Of a stretch of 63,203 nucleotides of DNA, positions 1-7,271 are shown one piece after another (position 1 is the first letter of the stretch; each line of letters begins with the position of its first letter). The notes under the pieces were generated by a model. That model had not been told where the DNA came from and did no database searches. It saw nothing but the letters and a program-made list of their open reading frames with translations. Source of the DNA: a virus. Taxonomy: Duplodnaviria > Caudoviricetes. The stretch spans positions 1-63,203 of the IMG/VR virus record IMGVR_UViG_3300027969_000101; one strand, given 5' to 3'. Position numbers and translations under genes: made by a program.

Positions 1-154
1 AAGAAAAATAGGTGCCAAGATTATGCCTTGTATAAGTTTATATCGCTGTTCCGCTTCTTTCTCTTTAGATCTCTGGCGTTCAACTTCTATTTGTCTTTGA
101 GTTGAATACATATAATTTGTCCTCCTGACAAATATTTAGTCAAAAAAAATGCTA

Positions 155-241
155 CACTTTAGGAATTTGCGGTAGCGAATCGTTCATCCCAGGGCAGTAG
201 CCTCCCCACACTTACGGTAACAAGTACCGGTCCTAAGGTGT
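155..241 (-). ncRNA. Putative structured RNA 3' of ORF 247-576
   Basis: Terminal inverted repeat ACACTTTAGGA/TCCTAAGGTGT enclosing GC-rich hairpins; T-run follows on minus strand. Confidence 0.35.
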
Positions 242-246
242 GTTCT

Positions 247-576
247 TTAAGAGCTTCCGCCTTTTACTTCTTTATCATCTGGCTCGTCGTGTTTATTAAT
301 TTTCTTTTCAGCTTCAACACGTTCATACTCAATAGTCTTACCACGTAGGTGTAACACGGTATTAACTTTTTGATTTAACCGAATCAAATCATTGTCCAAC
401 ATACGAATGCGATCTATTAGTGCAATAAGAACAGTATTAGCATCTGAGATAACAGGTTTAACTTCGGTAGTGGCCCACGTCCATACATACTTGATGATAA
501 AACCCATACCAACTGCCATGACAATTGGAAAGCCGTATTTGTTTACTAGTTCTACAACGTCCATTAGAATAGCCAT
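247..576 (-). CDS. Small membrane protein (N-terminal TM helix + coiled coil), paralog of 1113-1394
   Basis: GFPIV..TM segment; LIDRIRMLDNDLIRL resembles LDNRVKTMNHDVIRI in 1113-1394. Confidence 0.6.
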   Translation of the reverse strand: MAILMDVVELVNKYGFPIVMAVGMGFIIKYVWTWATTEVKPVISDANTVLIALIDRIRMLDNDLIRLNQKVNTVLHLRGKTIEYERVEAEKKINKHDEPDDKEVKGGSS

Positions 577-702
577 CCTATGAAGAAGCCAACTAATGCG
601 CCGACTGCCGCGGCCTTGGCTAGATCAGCATCATGCCATAGAGGTTGTGTTTTTAAATATTCTTTTGTAGTTGCTGGTAAACTATCGTACCAATTTTCCC
701 AT

Positions 703-897
703 TTATTCATTGCTATTCACCTTATGTCCTTTTACAAACTGTTCTACAGGGTCCAGCTTGACCAACATGGCCCTGCCGTCAACATTTTTAATTTTAAAAC
801 AATCGCCGGCTTGCCATCCTAGTGCATCTATGTTTAATTCAGGGTCAAATTTAATGCCCCAAGGTTCTAAATCCCAATCGTAATCATAATGTCTCAT
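703..897 (-). CDS. Hypothetical protein
   Basis: ORF in co-oriented minus-strand run. Confidence 0.5.
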   Translation of the reverse strand: MRHYDYDWDLEPWGIKFDPELNIDALGWQAGDCFKIKNVDGRAMLVKLDPVEQFVKGHKVNSNE

Positions 898-1153
898 TAT
901 TCGCCCTCGCCCACTCTGTTGGCCATTTTGGATTAGTCTTTTTCTGTTCGGCTAACATTCTAATCCATTCTTTCTTTACTGCTAAATTATGTTTCATACG
1001 GTCTAATTCAGTGTCTGAATTATCACTGTAAAAAATATAATAAAACGCTATTCCAAATCCAACGCTTAGTAAAAAGTAACCAATATAATCTGAATTTAGA
1101 TTTATAACAAAATTAATCTCTACGAGCATCATTCTTTCCATCAGCTCGGGCAA
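884..1153 (-). CDS. Hypothetical membrane protein (start uncertain)
   Basis: One TM segment; overlaps neighbouring ORFs. Confidence 0.45.
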   Translation of the reverse strand: MPELMERMMLVEINFVINLNSDYIGYFLLSVGFGIAFYYIFYSDNSDTELDRMKHNLAVKKEWIRMLAEQKKTNPKWPTEWARANNETL

Positions 1154-1394
1154 TACGATCTGCGTCCGGACGTAGTCCTAGAGCATTAGATACAATCGTA
1201 TCAATACGTATAACATCGTGATTCATGGTTTTAACGCGGTTATCAAGTGCTGTAATAATACCAGCCATGCCTTTTACAGAGCTTAACACTCCCTGTAATA
1301 GTAGTTTGATTGTTAGATATACGAAATATCCGCCCGCTAATGCCGCTGCCACCGGAAACCCTAGGTCTCCGATAATTTTGAAAATATCGCCCAT
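1113..1394 (-). CDS. Small membrane protein, paralog of 247-576
   Basis: GFPVAAA TM helix; TAAATA late-type motif upstream on minus strand. Confidence 0.6.
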   Translation of the reverse strand: MGDIFKIIGDLGFPVAAALAGGYFVYLTIKLLLQGVLSSVKGMAGIITALDNRVKTMNHDVIRIDTIVSNALGLRPDADRIARADGKNDARRD

Positions 1395-1521
1395 TTTGAT
1401 TCGCTCCGCTCTGGTATAGATATTTAGTAGTTTTTATGCCAAAATACTTGCTTATAAACCTAGAATATGTTTAAATACACTGTACACAAAATTTAGTGTA
1501 TTTTAACAGGAAAGTAAGAAA

Positions 1522-1725
1522 ATGGTAACAGGAAAAGTAAAATGGTTCAATGACGCTAAAGGTTTTGGTTTCATTACTCCGGACAATGGCGGCAATGACT
1601 TATTTGCACATTTTTCACAGATTAACGCTGACGGGTTTAAAAGCCTGAAAGAGGGCCAATCCGTAAGATTTGAAGTAACTATGGGTCAAAAAGGTGAGCA
1701 GGCTAGCAACATTCAGCCAGCTTAA
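1522..1725 (+). CDS. cspA: Cold-shock protein
   Basis: [15 protein letters not shown] (RNP1) and LFAHFS (RNP2) motifs. Confidence 0.97.
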   Translation: MVTGKVKWFNDAKGFGFITPDNGGNDLFAHFSQINADGFKSLKEGQSVRFEVTMGQKGEQASNIQPA

Positions 1726-1727
1726 AA

Positions 1728-2052
1728 AATTGTTGTAGAAGTCTTAAAGTAAGGCATTCTGGACGCGGGTTCGACTCCCGCCAGGTCCACCATAAAGTAT
1801 ACTCCGATCCGAGTATTCTGGAAGCAAGGCGAAAGCTGAGTGTACTTTATAATGGGCCTGCCATGGTTTCGACAGGGTGAGATAGGATAAAGATCAACAC
1901 GTGGGGTCACGTAAAATACAAAAAACGTAAATGCAAACGCAAATACATTCAAGTACATGCAAGTTGATGTCGCTCTTAATGACGACCAATTTGCACTAGC
2001 TGCCTAAGAAACAGCACTTGCGAGGTAGGACTTACCTTGTCATCAAAACAAC
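1728..2052 (+). ncRNA. ssrA: Two-piece (circularly permuted) tmRNA
   Basis: Acceptor piece with T-arm and CAGGTCC-A-CCA ending 1792 precedes coding piece starting GGGCCTG at 1854 (G3.U70); tag frame 1933-2007 ANANTFKYMQVDVALNDDQFALAA*; outer ends approximate. Confidence 0.93.
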
Positions 2053-2053
2053 C

Positions 2054-2080
2054 AAAAAGGCACCTTCGGGTGCCTTTTTT
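2054..2080 (+). terminator. Intrinsic terminator
   Basis: AAAAAGGCACC-TTCG-GGTGCCTTTTTT. Confidence 0.9.
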
Positions 2081-2153
2081 ATTGACTTCTGGTTAGCACG
2101 GATATATACTTGTGACATGACACATGTCATTTATTAATAAAAGGAAGTTAACT

Positions 2154-2888
2154 ATGAAAAAGCTATTTTTAGCACTTATGATGGCAGTAGGTTTTGCCTC
2201 AGCACACGCCCAGGTAACCGGCAACTTGGGTCTAACATCAGACTATCGTTTCCGTGGTATTAGCCAAAGCCAAAATGCACCAGCAGTACAAGGTGGCGTT
2301 GACTACGCTCACTCAAGTGGTTTCTATGTTGGTAACTGGAACAGTTCTGTTTCAAGCCAATTATATACTAATGGTGCAGGAGTTGAAAGTGATTTGTATG
2401 CAGGATTTAAGAAAGATATTTACAAGGGTCTAACACTTGATGTTGGTTCTTATAACTATTTTTATCCACGTGCTACTACAGCAGGCACTGGTTCGAACTT
2501 TGACACATACGAAGGTTTCTTAGGGTTAGGATACGGTCCAGTTTCAGTTAAGTACAATCGTACTCTAGGTAATAGTTATTTTGGTACAGCTAATGCTCAA
2601 GGTACTCAGTACTATCAAGCAGACGTTGCTTACCCACTACCAATCAAAGGTCTAGAAAAAGTAAGTTTCTTAGCACACGCAGGTCACACCAATGTTGCTA
2701 ACAACAACTCACTGGACTACAGCGATTACAATGTTGGTCTTGGTTACGACTTAAAAGGATGGCAGTTTGCCGCTAAGTATTACACAAATACTAGCATGAC
2801 AAATTCGTTCCAAACAGCTAACACAGTTAGCGGTCAAAAGTTATACAAGAACACAGGTGTATTTTCAGTAACAAAAACATTTGAATAA
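2154..2888 (+). CDS. TorF-family (TIGR02001-like) outer-membrane beta-barrel protein
   Basis: Signal peptide; SDYRFRGISQS..PAVQGGVDY..GFYVGNWNSSV motif; near-terminal Phe. Confidence 0.85.
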   Translation: MKKLFLALMMAVGFASAHAQVTGNLGLTSDYRFRGISQSQNAPAVQGGVDYAHSSGFYVGNWNSSVSSQLYTNGAGVESDLYAGFKKDIYKGLTLDVGSYNYFYPRATTAGTGSNFDTYEGFLGLGYGPVSVKYNRTLGNSYFGTANAQGTQYYQADVAYPLPIKGLEKVSFLAHAGHTNVANNNSLDYSDYNVGLGYDLKGWQFAAKYYTNTSMTNSFQTANTVSGQKLYKNTGVFSVTKTFE

Positions 2889-2906
2889 ATTTCAAATTGT
2901 TTCAAT

Positions 2907-2927
2907 AAAGGCCTTCGGGCCTTTTTT
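2907..2927 (+). terminator. Intrinsic terminator
   Basis: AAAGGCC-TTCG-GGCCTTTTTT. Confidence 0.85.
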
Positions 2928-2930
2928 GTT

Positions 2931-3008
2931 ATTGATTTTTTCTATAAGCGTAATAGAAATAATTATAGCAAAAAACTATTGACTTGGGCATCTAATAGGA
3001 TATATAAT
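2931..3008 (+). promoter_or_regulatory. OxyR-like operator abutting a sigma70 promoter
   Basis: ATTG-N7-CTAT-N7-ATAG (2931-2956) and ATAG-N7-CTAT (2965-2979); TTGACT 2979, TATAAT 3003. Confidence 0.55.
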
Positions 3009-3032
3009 AGTACAAACACACAAGGAGACACT

Positions 3033-3482
3033 ATGTCAATAACATTAAAAAATTTAGAGTCGGCGCTTGCTGGCGAGTCTATGGCTCACATCAAGTATCG
3101 TTACTTTGCAAAGATTGCTCGCGAAGAGGGCTTCGAGGATGTTGCTAAACATTTCGAACACACAGCAGATCAGGAAATCAAACACGCTTGGGGACATTTG
3201 GAATTGCTAATTGGTAAGCCATCAACCCGCGAGTGCTTGGAGAAAGCCATCGAAGGCGAGACCTATGAGTTTACCCACATGTATCCAGATTTTGAACGTT
3301 CAGCTAGACTAGAGGGCAATACTCAAGCGGCTGGGGAAGCAAAACACCAAATTGAAGAAAGTAAAGAACATGCAGAGCAGTTTACCGCAGTTTTAGCAAA
3401 AGCAGAAAAACGATTTGCCGCTTTGAAGAAAGTTGAAGAACGTCATGCTAATGCTTATAAAAATGTTTTGGAGACACTATAA
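3033..3482 (+). CDS. rbr: Rubrerythrin
   Basis: NLESALAGES..YRYFAKIAREEG..QEIKHA..EGETYE..MYP..ESKEHA diiron motifs; AGGAG RBS. Confidence 0.93.
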   Translation: MSITLKNLESALAGESMAHIKYRYFAKIAREEGFEDVAKHFEHTADQEIKHAWGHLELLIGKPSTRECLEKAIEGETYEFTHMYPDFERSARLEGNTQAAGEAKHQIEESKEHAEQFTAVLAKAEKRFAALKKVEERHANAYKNVLETL

Positions 3483-3610
3483 TGGATCACGTATGCATAG
3501 TTTGTGGACATGTCCACGATGAGGAAACTGAAGGCAGATGGGACGAACTCTCAGCAGATTTTACTTGTCCAGAGTGTGGTGTTGGCAAAGATGAATACGA
3601 AGTTGTGTAA
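3482..3610 (+). CDS. Rubredoxin (not in ORF track)
   Basis: MDHVCIVCGHVHD...WDELSADFTCPECGVGKDEY: two CxxCG motifs; translationally coupled to rbr. Confidence 0.88.
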   Translation: MDHVCIVCGHVHDEETEGRWDELSADFTCPECGVGKDEYEVV

Positions 3611-3681
3611 ACTTTCTTAGGGGCTAAGGCGTTATATATATGTAGGGGTAGAAATTCCTACTTAACCAAAAAGGATATATC

Positions 3682-3885
3682 ATGAAATTGATCGCAACTT
3701 TAATGGCAACCTTGTTTGCCGCAACTGTGTTCGCCGCTGAGCCAGCTAAAGCTCCAGCAACTCCAGCTTCAGCACCAGCTAAGGCCGAAGTTAAGAAGGA
3801 CGAAAAGAAGCCTGCAAAAAGTGAGCCTGCAAAGAAAGACGCACCTAAAGCAGACGCAAAACCAGCTACACCAGCCGCTAAGTAA
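3682..3885 (+). CDS. Secreted Ala/Lys/Pro-rich low-complexity peptide
   Basis: Signal peptide followed by PAK/APA repeats; AGGA RBS. Confidence 0.7.
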   Translation: MKLIATLMATLFAATVFAAEPAKAPATPASAPAKAEVKKDEKKPAKSEPAKKDAPKADAKPATPAAK

Positions 3886-4152
3886 TCTTAGTTTAGATGA
3901 CAATGATGATCTCATTATTAATGATGAGATCACATTTGGCCGTAATCGACGAGCAGAAGATTTTGGTAAACTAGTCCATGAAGATGAGTTATCGGATCAT
4001 GTAAAATTTCGGTTATGGCTAGCTAGACAATTAGCCATGAAGAAGTACCAAGAAAAGTGGGGATAAAATCTCACTTTTCTTGTTAGGTTTTACTTCTTAT
4101 AAATTCGGTGGCAAAACTAATAACCTGTTTTTGCCACATATCAATACTAGTA

Positions 4153-4364
4153 TTGACAAGAAGACATATATACAATACAATAAAGATTAGTTAACCACTA
4201 AGGCATAAATAACTTGATGAAGTTAGCCAAAAATGGTTGACGGGATTGCTGAAAGGCAATATAATAGAAACAAGTTAGCAAACAAGGTGTCCGACAGTGT
4301 TGTAGAAATACAACAAAAAGAATTACAGAAAGTTGTTGACAAGGGTGTTGAAAGACACTATAAT
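4153..4364 (+). promoter_or_regulatory. Three tandem sigma70 promoters
   Basis: TTGACA-17-TACAAT (4153), TTGACG-17-TATAAT (4237), TTGACA-17-TATAAT (4336). Confidence 0.85.
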
Positions 4365-4423
4365 TAACACAAGACGCTAGCATTCCGCTAGTAAATTTTA
4401 AAGAAGAGTAAACGAGAAACAAA

Positions 4424-4573
4424 ATGCAATCAAACGTTAAACATCAGCAATTTAATACGATGCCTAGACTGGCAGGCGTTATAGCCTGTTCTTGGTTATC
4501 GATTAATAGCGGAAGTTTATCATATGATCGTACACCAGAGATTACCCAGGGGTCCCGGAGGACTGTAATGTAA
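4424..4573 (+). CDS. Putative attenuator leader peptide (49 aa, all 20 amino acids, 40 distinct codons)
   Basis: MQSNVKHQQFNTMPRLAGVIACSWLSINSGSLSYDRTPEITQGSRRTVM*; 3' end lies in the antiterminator hairpin. Confidence 0.7.
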   Translation: MQSNVKHQQFNTMPRLAGVIACSWLSINSGSLSYDRTPEITQGSRRTVM

Positions 4574-4631
4574 CTTAAACCTTACATAACAAACTTCAAG
4601 GACCCTAGGATTAAAAACCCTGGGGTTTTTT
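4546..4631 (+). terminator. Attenuator: antiterminator (4546-4609) versus terminator (4600-4631)
   Basis: GGACCCTAGG (4600-4609) pairs either with CCTGGGGTTT plus U-tract or with CCAGGGGTCC (4546-4555). Confidence 0.75.
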
Positions 4632-4636
4632 GTTTT

Positions 4637-4825
4637 GTGGAAAAGGAAAAGATGGAACAGATAGATTATACAAAATTGAATGAACGAATTGTTGAACAGG
4701 CTTATGAAACTGCTTTTGGAGAAATGTCCAAAGAACAGCTTCAAAAACTTATTCAAGATAAGTTTGAACGTGCTAGAAAATATCACGAAGCGTTGAACAA
4801 CTGTCCAACATTTAGTGTAAACTAG
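4637..4825 (+). CDS. Hypothetical protein (start probably 4652)
   Basis: ORF right after attenuator; AAGGA RBS before ATG 4652. Confidence 0.5.
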   Translation: MEKEKMEQIDYTKLNERIVEQAYETAFGEMSKEQLQKLIQDKFERARKYHEALNNCPTFSVN

Positions 4826-5090
4826 AGTAAGCGAAAGGTTGCCCAAGGGCAGTCGTAGATCGCAAAGTGCAATAGGAAACGAGATCCTAGCCCGCACTTA
4901 AAACATGGGTAAATGGGCGGACTAGTGGATGGCATTCCCTCTTGTGGGAAGAAAATACTAGTTATTAAAGCATATTCCGAAACTAGAATGTTTAGGGGAT
5001 AAGGCCACAAGCCGAGTATGCTTTAATAAACACTCTTCACCTCCGCCTACGACGCGGTTGACATCATAGAAGGAGAGTGTTACAAATTAT

Positions 5091-5173
5091 GGATGTGCTA
5101 GGCATTGGAGAGCCTAAGTGGCTGTAACCCACCCGTTAATTCTGTGTAAGTTCAACTCTTACCGCATCCACCA
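5091..5173 (+). tRNA. tRNA-Tyr(GTA), atypical
   Basis: GGATGTG/CGCATCC stem, CTGTAAC loop, encoded CCA. Confidence 0.8.
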
Positions 5174-5179
5174 TATTTT

Positions 5180-5253
5180 TCCTCTGTAGTTAAATGGTAT
5201 AACAATCGGCTGATAACCGGTCATTACAAGTTCGATTCTTGTCGGAGGAACCA
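5180..5253 (+). tRNA. tRNA-Ile(GAT)
   Basis: Cloverleaf, CTGATAA loop, CCA. Confidence 0.9.
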
Positions 5254-5262
5254 TAGTTTAAT

Positions 5263-5354
5263 GCCAGCGAGACTTGGTAGTCAGAGAGGTCTTATATACC
5301 TTTTAGCGCCAGATTAGCGTTCTTGAGAGGGTTCGATTCCCTCCGCTGGTACCA
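5263..5354 (+). tRNA. Atypical tRNA with TAT anticodon (Ile?) and long variable arm
   Basis: GCCAGCG/CGCTGGT, 4-nt D loop, CTTATAT loop, T-arm, CCA. Confidence 0.7.
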
Positions 5355-5358
5355 GTTT

Positions 5359-5418
5359 TAGGATAGCAACAGCAAATTTAAAAATTCTACTTTTAATGGA
5401 AAAAAAGATGCTATCCTG
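5359..5418 (+). ncRNA. ACAGCAA-stem RNA copy 1 (Lys-UUU anticodon stem-loop cargo)
   Basis: TAGGATAGCA/TGCTATCCTG stem; TTCTA-CTTTTAA-TGGAA. Confidence 0.75.
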
Positions 5419-5426
5419 TTTTATAC

Positions 5427-5501
5427 ACTGTCGTCGTCTAGTGGCTAGGACGCTACCCTTTCAAGGTGGAGAAGCGGGATCGATACCCGTCGACAGTACC
5501 A
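5427..5501 (+). tRNA. tRNA-Glu(TTC), atypical T loop
   Basis: CTTTCAA loop; ATCGATA T loop; CCA. Confidence 0.85.
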
Positions 5502-5505
5502 ACAT

Positions 5506-5580
5506 GCCGTTGTAGCTCTCTGGGAGGGTAACTCGTTGTCTGCGAGACTTAGGTGGGTTCGATTCCCATCAGCGGCGCCA
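5506..5580 (+). tRNA. tRNA-Asp(GTC), atypical anticodon loop
   Basis: TTGTCTG loop, G73, CCA. Confidence 0.8.
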
Positions 5581-5587
5581 AATTTAT

Positions 5588-5665
5588 TGTCCGAGAGCAA
5601 TCATGGTGTAGGCGCTTCGCTGTTAACGAAGAATGAGCTAGGTTCGATCCCTAGTCGGACAGCCA
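5588..5665 (+). tRNA. tRNA-Asn(GTT)
   Basis: CTTCG-CTGTTAA-CGAAG, G73, CCA. Confidence 0.85.
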
Positions 5666-5672
5666 AACAATT

Positions 5673-5747
5673 GGGGGCAGTAGTGGGCTACGGAGTTGCC
5701 TTGCAAGCATCTTGTCTAGAAGGGTTCGATTCCCTCGGCCTCCACCA
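5673..5747 (+). tRNA. tRNA-Ala(TGC), reduced D-arm
   Basis: G3.U70, CTTGCAA loop, CCA. Confidence 0.7.
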
Positions 5748-5751
5748 ATTT

Positions 5752-5808
5752 TAGGATGCGAACAGCAAATTTAAAAATTCAACTTTTAATTGAAAAATAA
5801 GCATCCTG
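5752..5808 (+). ncRNA. ACAGCAA-stem RNA copy 2 (Lys-UUU anticodon stem-loop cargo)
   Basis: TAGGATGC/GCATCCTG; TTCAA-CTTTTAA-TTGAA. Confidence 0.75.
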
Positions 5809-5827
5809 TTTTATAAAAGGAAATCTA

Positions 5828-5956
5828 ATGGCACACAAGCAACAAGGTATTCTAACACGTAGTCCTCAATGGTGGAAACATCTTAAGGATTGGAAACGTG
5901 TGTTCTGGAAATCAGAACGTCAAGCACAAAAGAAAAATATCAACAAAGGAGAATGA
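5828..5956 (+). CDS. Small basic Trp-rich protein (42 aa, not in ORF track)
   Basis: MAHKQQGILTRSPQWWKHLKDWKRVFWKSERQ...; AAGGA RBS. Confidence 0.6.
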   Translation: MAHKQQGILTRSPQWWKHLKDWKRVFWKSERQAQKKNINKGE

Positions 5957-6042
5957 TATGAAACGTTCAGGTAAACGTTAGTGTCATCTTTGACCCCGTA
6001 TGGTCTTAGATGGCACGTAAAAGAAATTAATTACGAATCCAT

Positions 6043-6117
6043 CCACGCTAAACTTTAGTGGCGAAGTACCCGGCTCTTAACCGGACTAACTGAGTTCGAT
6101 TCTCAGAGCGTGGACCA
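6043..6117 (+). tRNA. tRNA-Lys(CTT)
   Basis: CCACGCT/AGCGTGG, CTCTTAA loop, CCA. Confidence 0.85.
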
Positions 6118-6120
6118 TAT

Positions 6121-6195
6121 GGGGGTATAATTCAAAGGCTAGAATAGCCGGCTTTTAACCGGTCTATCAGGGTTCGAGTCCCTGTGCCCCTACCA
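6121..6195 (+). tRNA. tRNA-Lys(TTT)
   Basis: GCCGG-CTTTTAA-CCGGT, CCA. Confidence 0.92.
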
Positions 6196-6297
6196 TAAGC
6201 AAACACATTGTCGCAGTACGCCGAACCGTACTTGATTCTCATGTTGGAACCTAGCATGAAACTAGGGAGATGCGATTTCATCAGTGTGTTTACTTAT

Positions 6298-6372
6298 GGT
6301 AACGTAGCATAATGGTTGTGCACCTCCTTCATACGGAGCAAGGTGTGAGTTCGAATCTCACCGTTACTACCA
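6298..6372 (+). tRNA. tRNA-CAT (elongator Met or Ile2)
   Basis: TTCATAC loop, cloverleaf, CCA. Confidence 0.8.
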
Positions 6373-6393
6373 AATTAAAACATAAGTAATTTT

Positions 6394-6936
6394 ATGTTTA
6401 ATAAAGATGCTTTTAGCAACGGTCAGATAGATAGTAAGCTATGGTTATGTCGCGAGCTCGAAAATCTAGGCTGGACTAGTAACCTAACACATATATATGG
6501 TGGATGGTATGGTATACTGGCTTTTTTGTTATTGAGTAGAGAGAAGTTTAAAGTTGGTCGTATTGAAAGTTTTGATGTTGATCCAACTTGCAAAGAATAT
6601 GCAGATGCAATTAATGAAAACTGGGTTGTTAATAACGGAACATTTTCTTCTTATACACTAGATTGTAATCAAGAAGTTCCTAATATTGCTGACCTTATAA
6701 TTAATACCAGCACTGAACATTTTGAAGGTATGGATTGGTTTAATGAAATACCAAGAGGTACACGGATAATTTTACAAGGTAATAATATGCCGCACGATGA
6801 CCATTTTATTTGCTCGAATAACTTGCAAGAATTTGTTGATCGTTATAAACTACAGACTATTATATATCAAGGTAGTTTAGATTTTAATTACCCTAGTTGG
6901 AATTTTTCCAGATATATGGTAATAGGTATTAAATAA
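6394..6936 (+). CDS. Class I SAM-methyltransferase-like protein
   Basis: IYGGWYG glycine loop, SFDVD, INTSTEH; common in large aquatic phages. Confidence 0.6.
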   Translation: MFNKDAFSNGQIDSKLWLCRELENLGWTSNLTHIYGGWYGILAFLLLSREKFKVGRIESFDVDPTCKEYADAINENWVVNNGTFSSYTLDCNQEVPNIADLIINTSTEHFEGMDWFNEIPRGTRIILQGNNMPHDDHFICSNNLQEFVDRYKLQTIIYQGSLDFNYPSWNFSRYMVIGIK

Positions 6937-7187
6937 AGATATTAGTAAGAAACTCAAAGTACTATAATGTTCCGTAAGGGAAATGCATCTGCCGGAAGCG
7001 GGTGCATGGAGGGGTTATAAACCCCGGCATTTGCCAATGACGAGGTGATAGTGTTTACGGCATGAATTCACAGTTGGCAGAAGTACTCCATGTTAGGCAG
7101 GACAAAATAGAGCAGGCACTGTAAAGCCTGGGCGGCCTCAGACTCATAAGTCAAACCAGATCTCTTAGAGTTTCTTACTAATATCTT
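6936..7187 (+). ncRNA. Unassigned ~250 nt structured RNA closed by a 20-bp perfect stem
   Basis: AAGATATTAGTAAGAAACTC/GAGTTTCTTACTAATATCTT, GC-rich internal hairpins, no ORF. Confidence 0.6.
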
Positions 7188-7191
7188 CTAT

Positions 7192-7267
7192 GCGGGTGTA
7201 GCTCAGCTGGTAGAGCGCCACGTTGCCAACGTGATTGTCGTCGGTTCGACCCCGATCACCCGCTCCA
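7192..7267 (+). tRNA. tRNA-Gly(GCC)
   Basis: Canonical cloverleaf, U73, CCA. Confidence 0.95.
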
Positions 7268-7271
7268 GCGT

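Noticed and set aside
4380-4631. T-box riboswitch
   Set aside because: No TGGNACCGCG T-box bulge or stem I motifs; a translated leader explains the structure better
6936-7187. Group I intron or RNase P RNA
   Set aside because: Could not find P7/J8-7 or the GAGGAAAGTCC P4 signatures; it does not interrupt a gene
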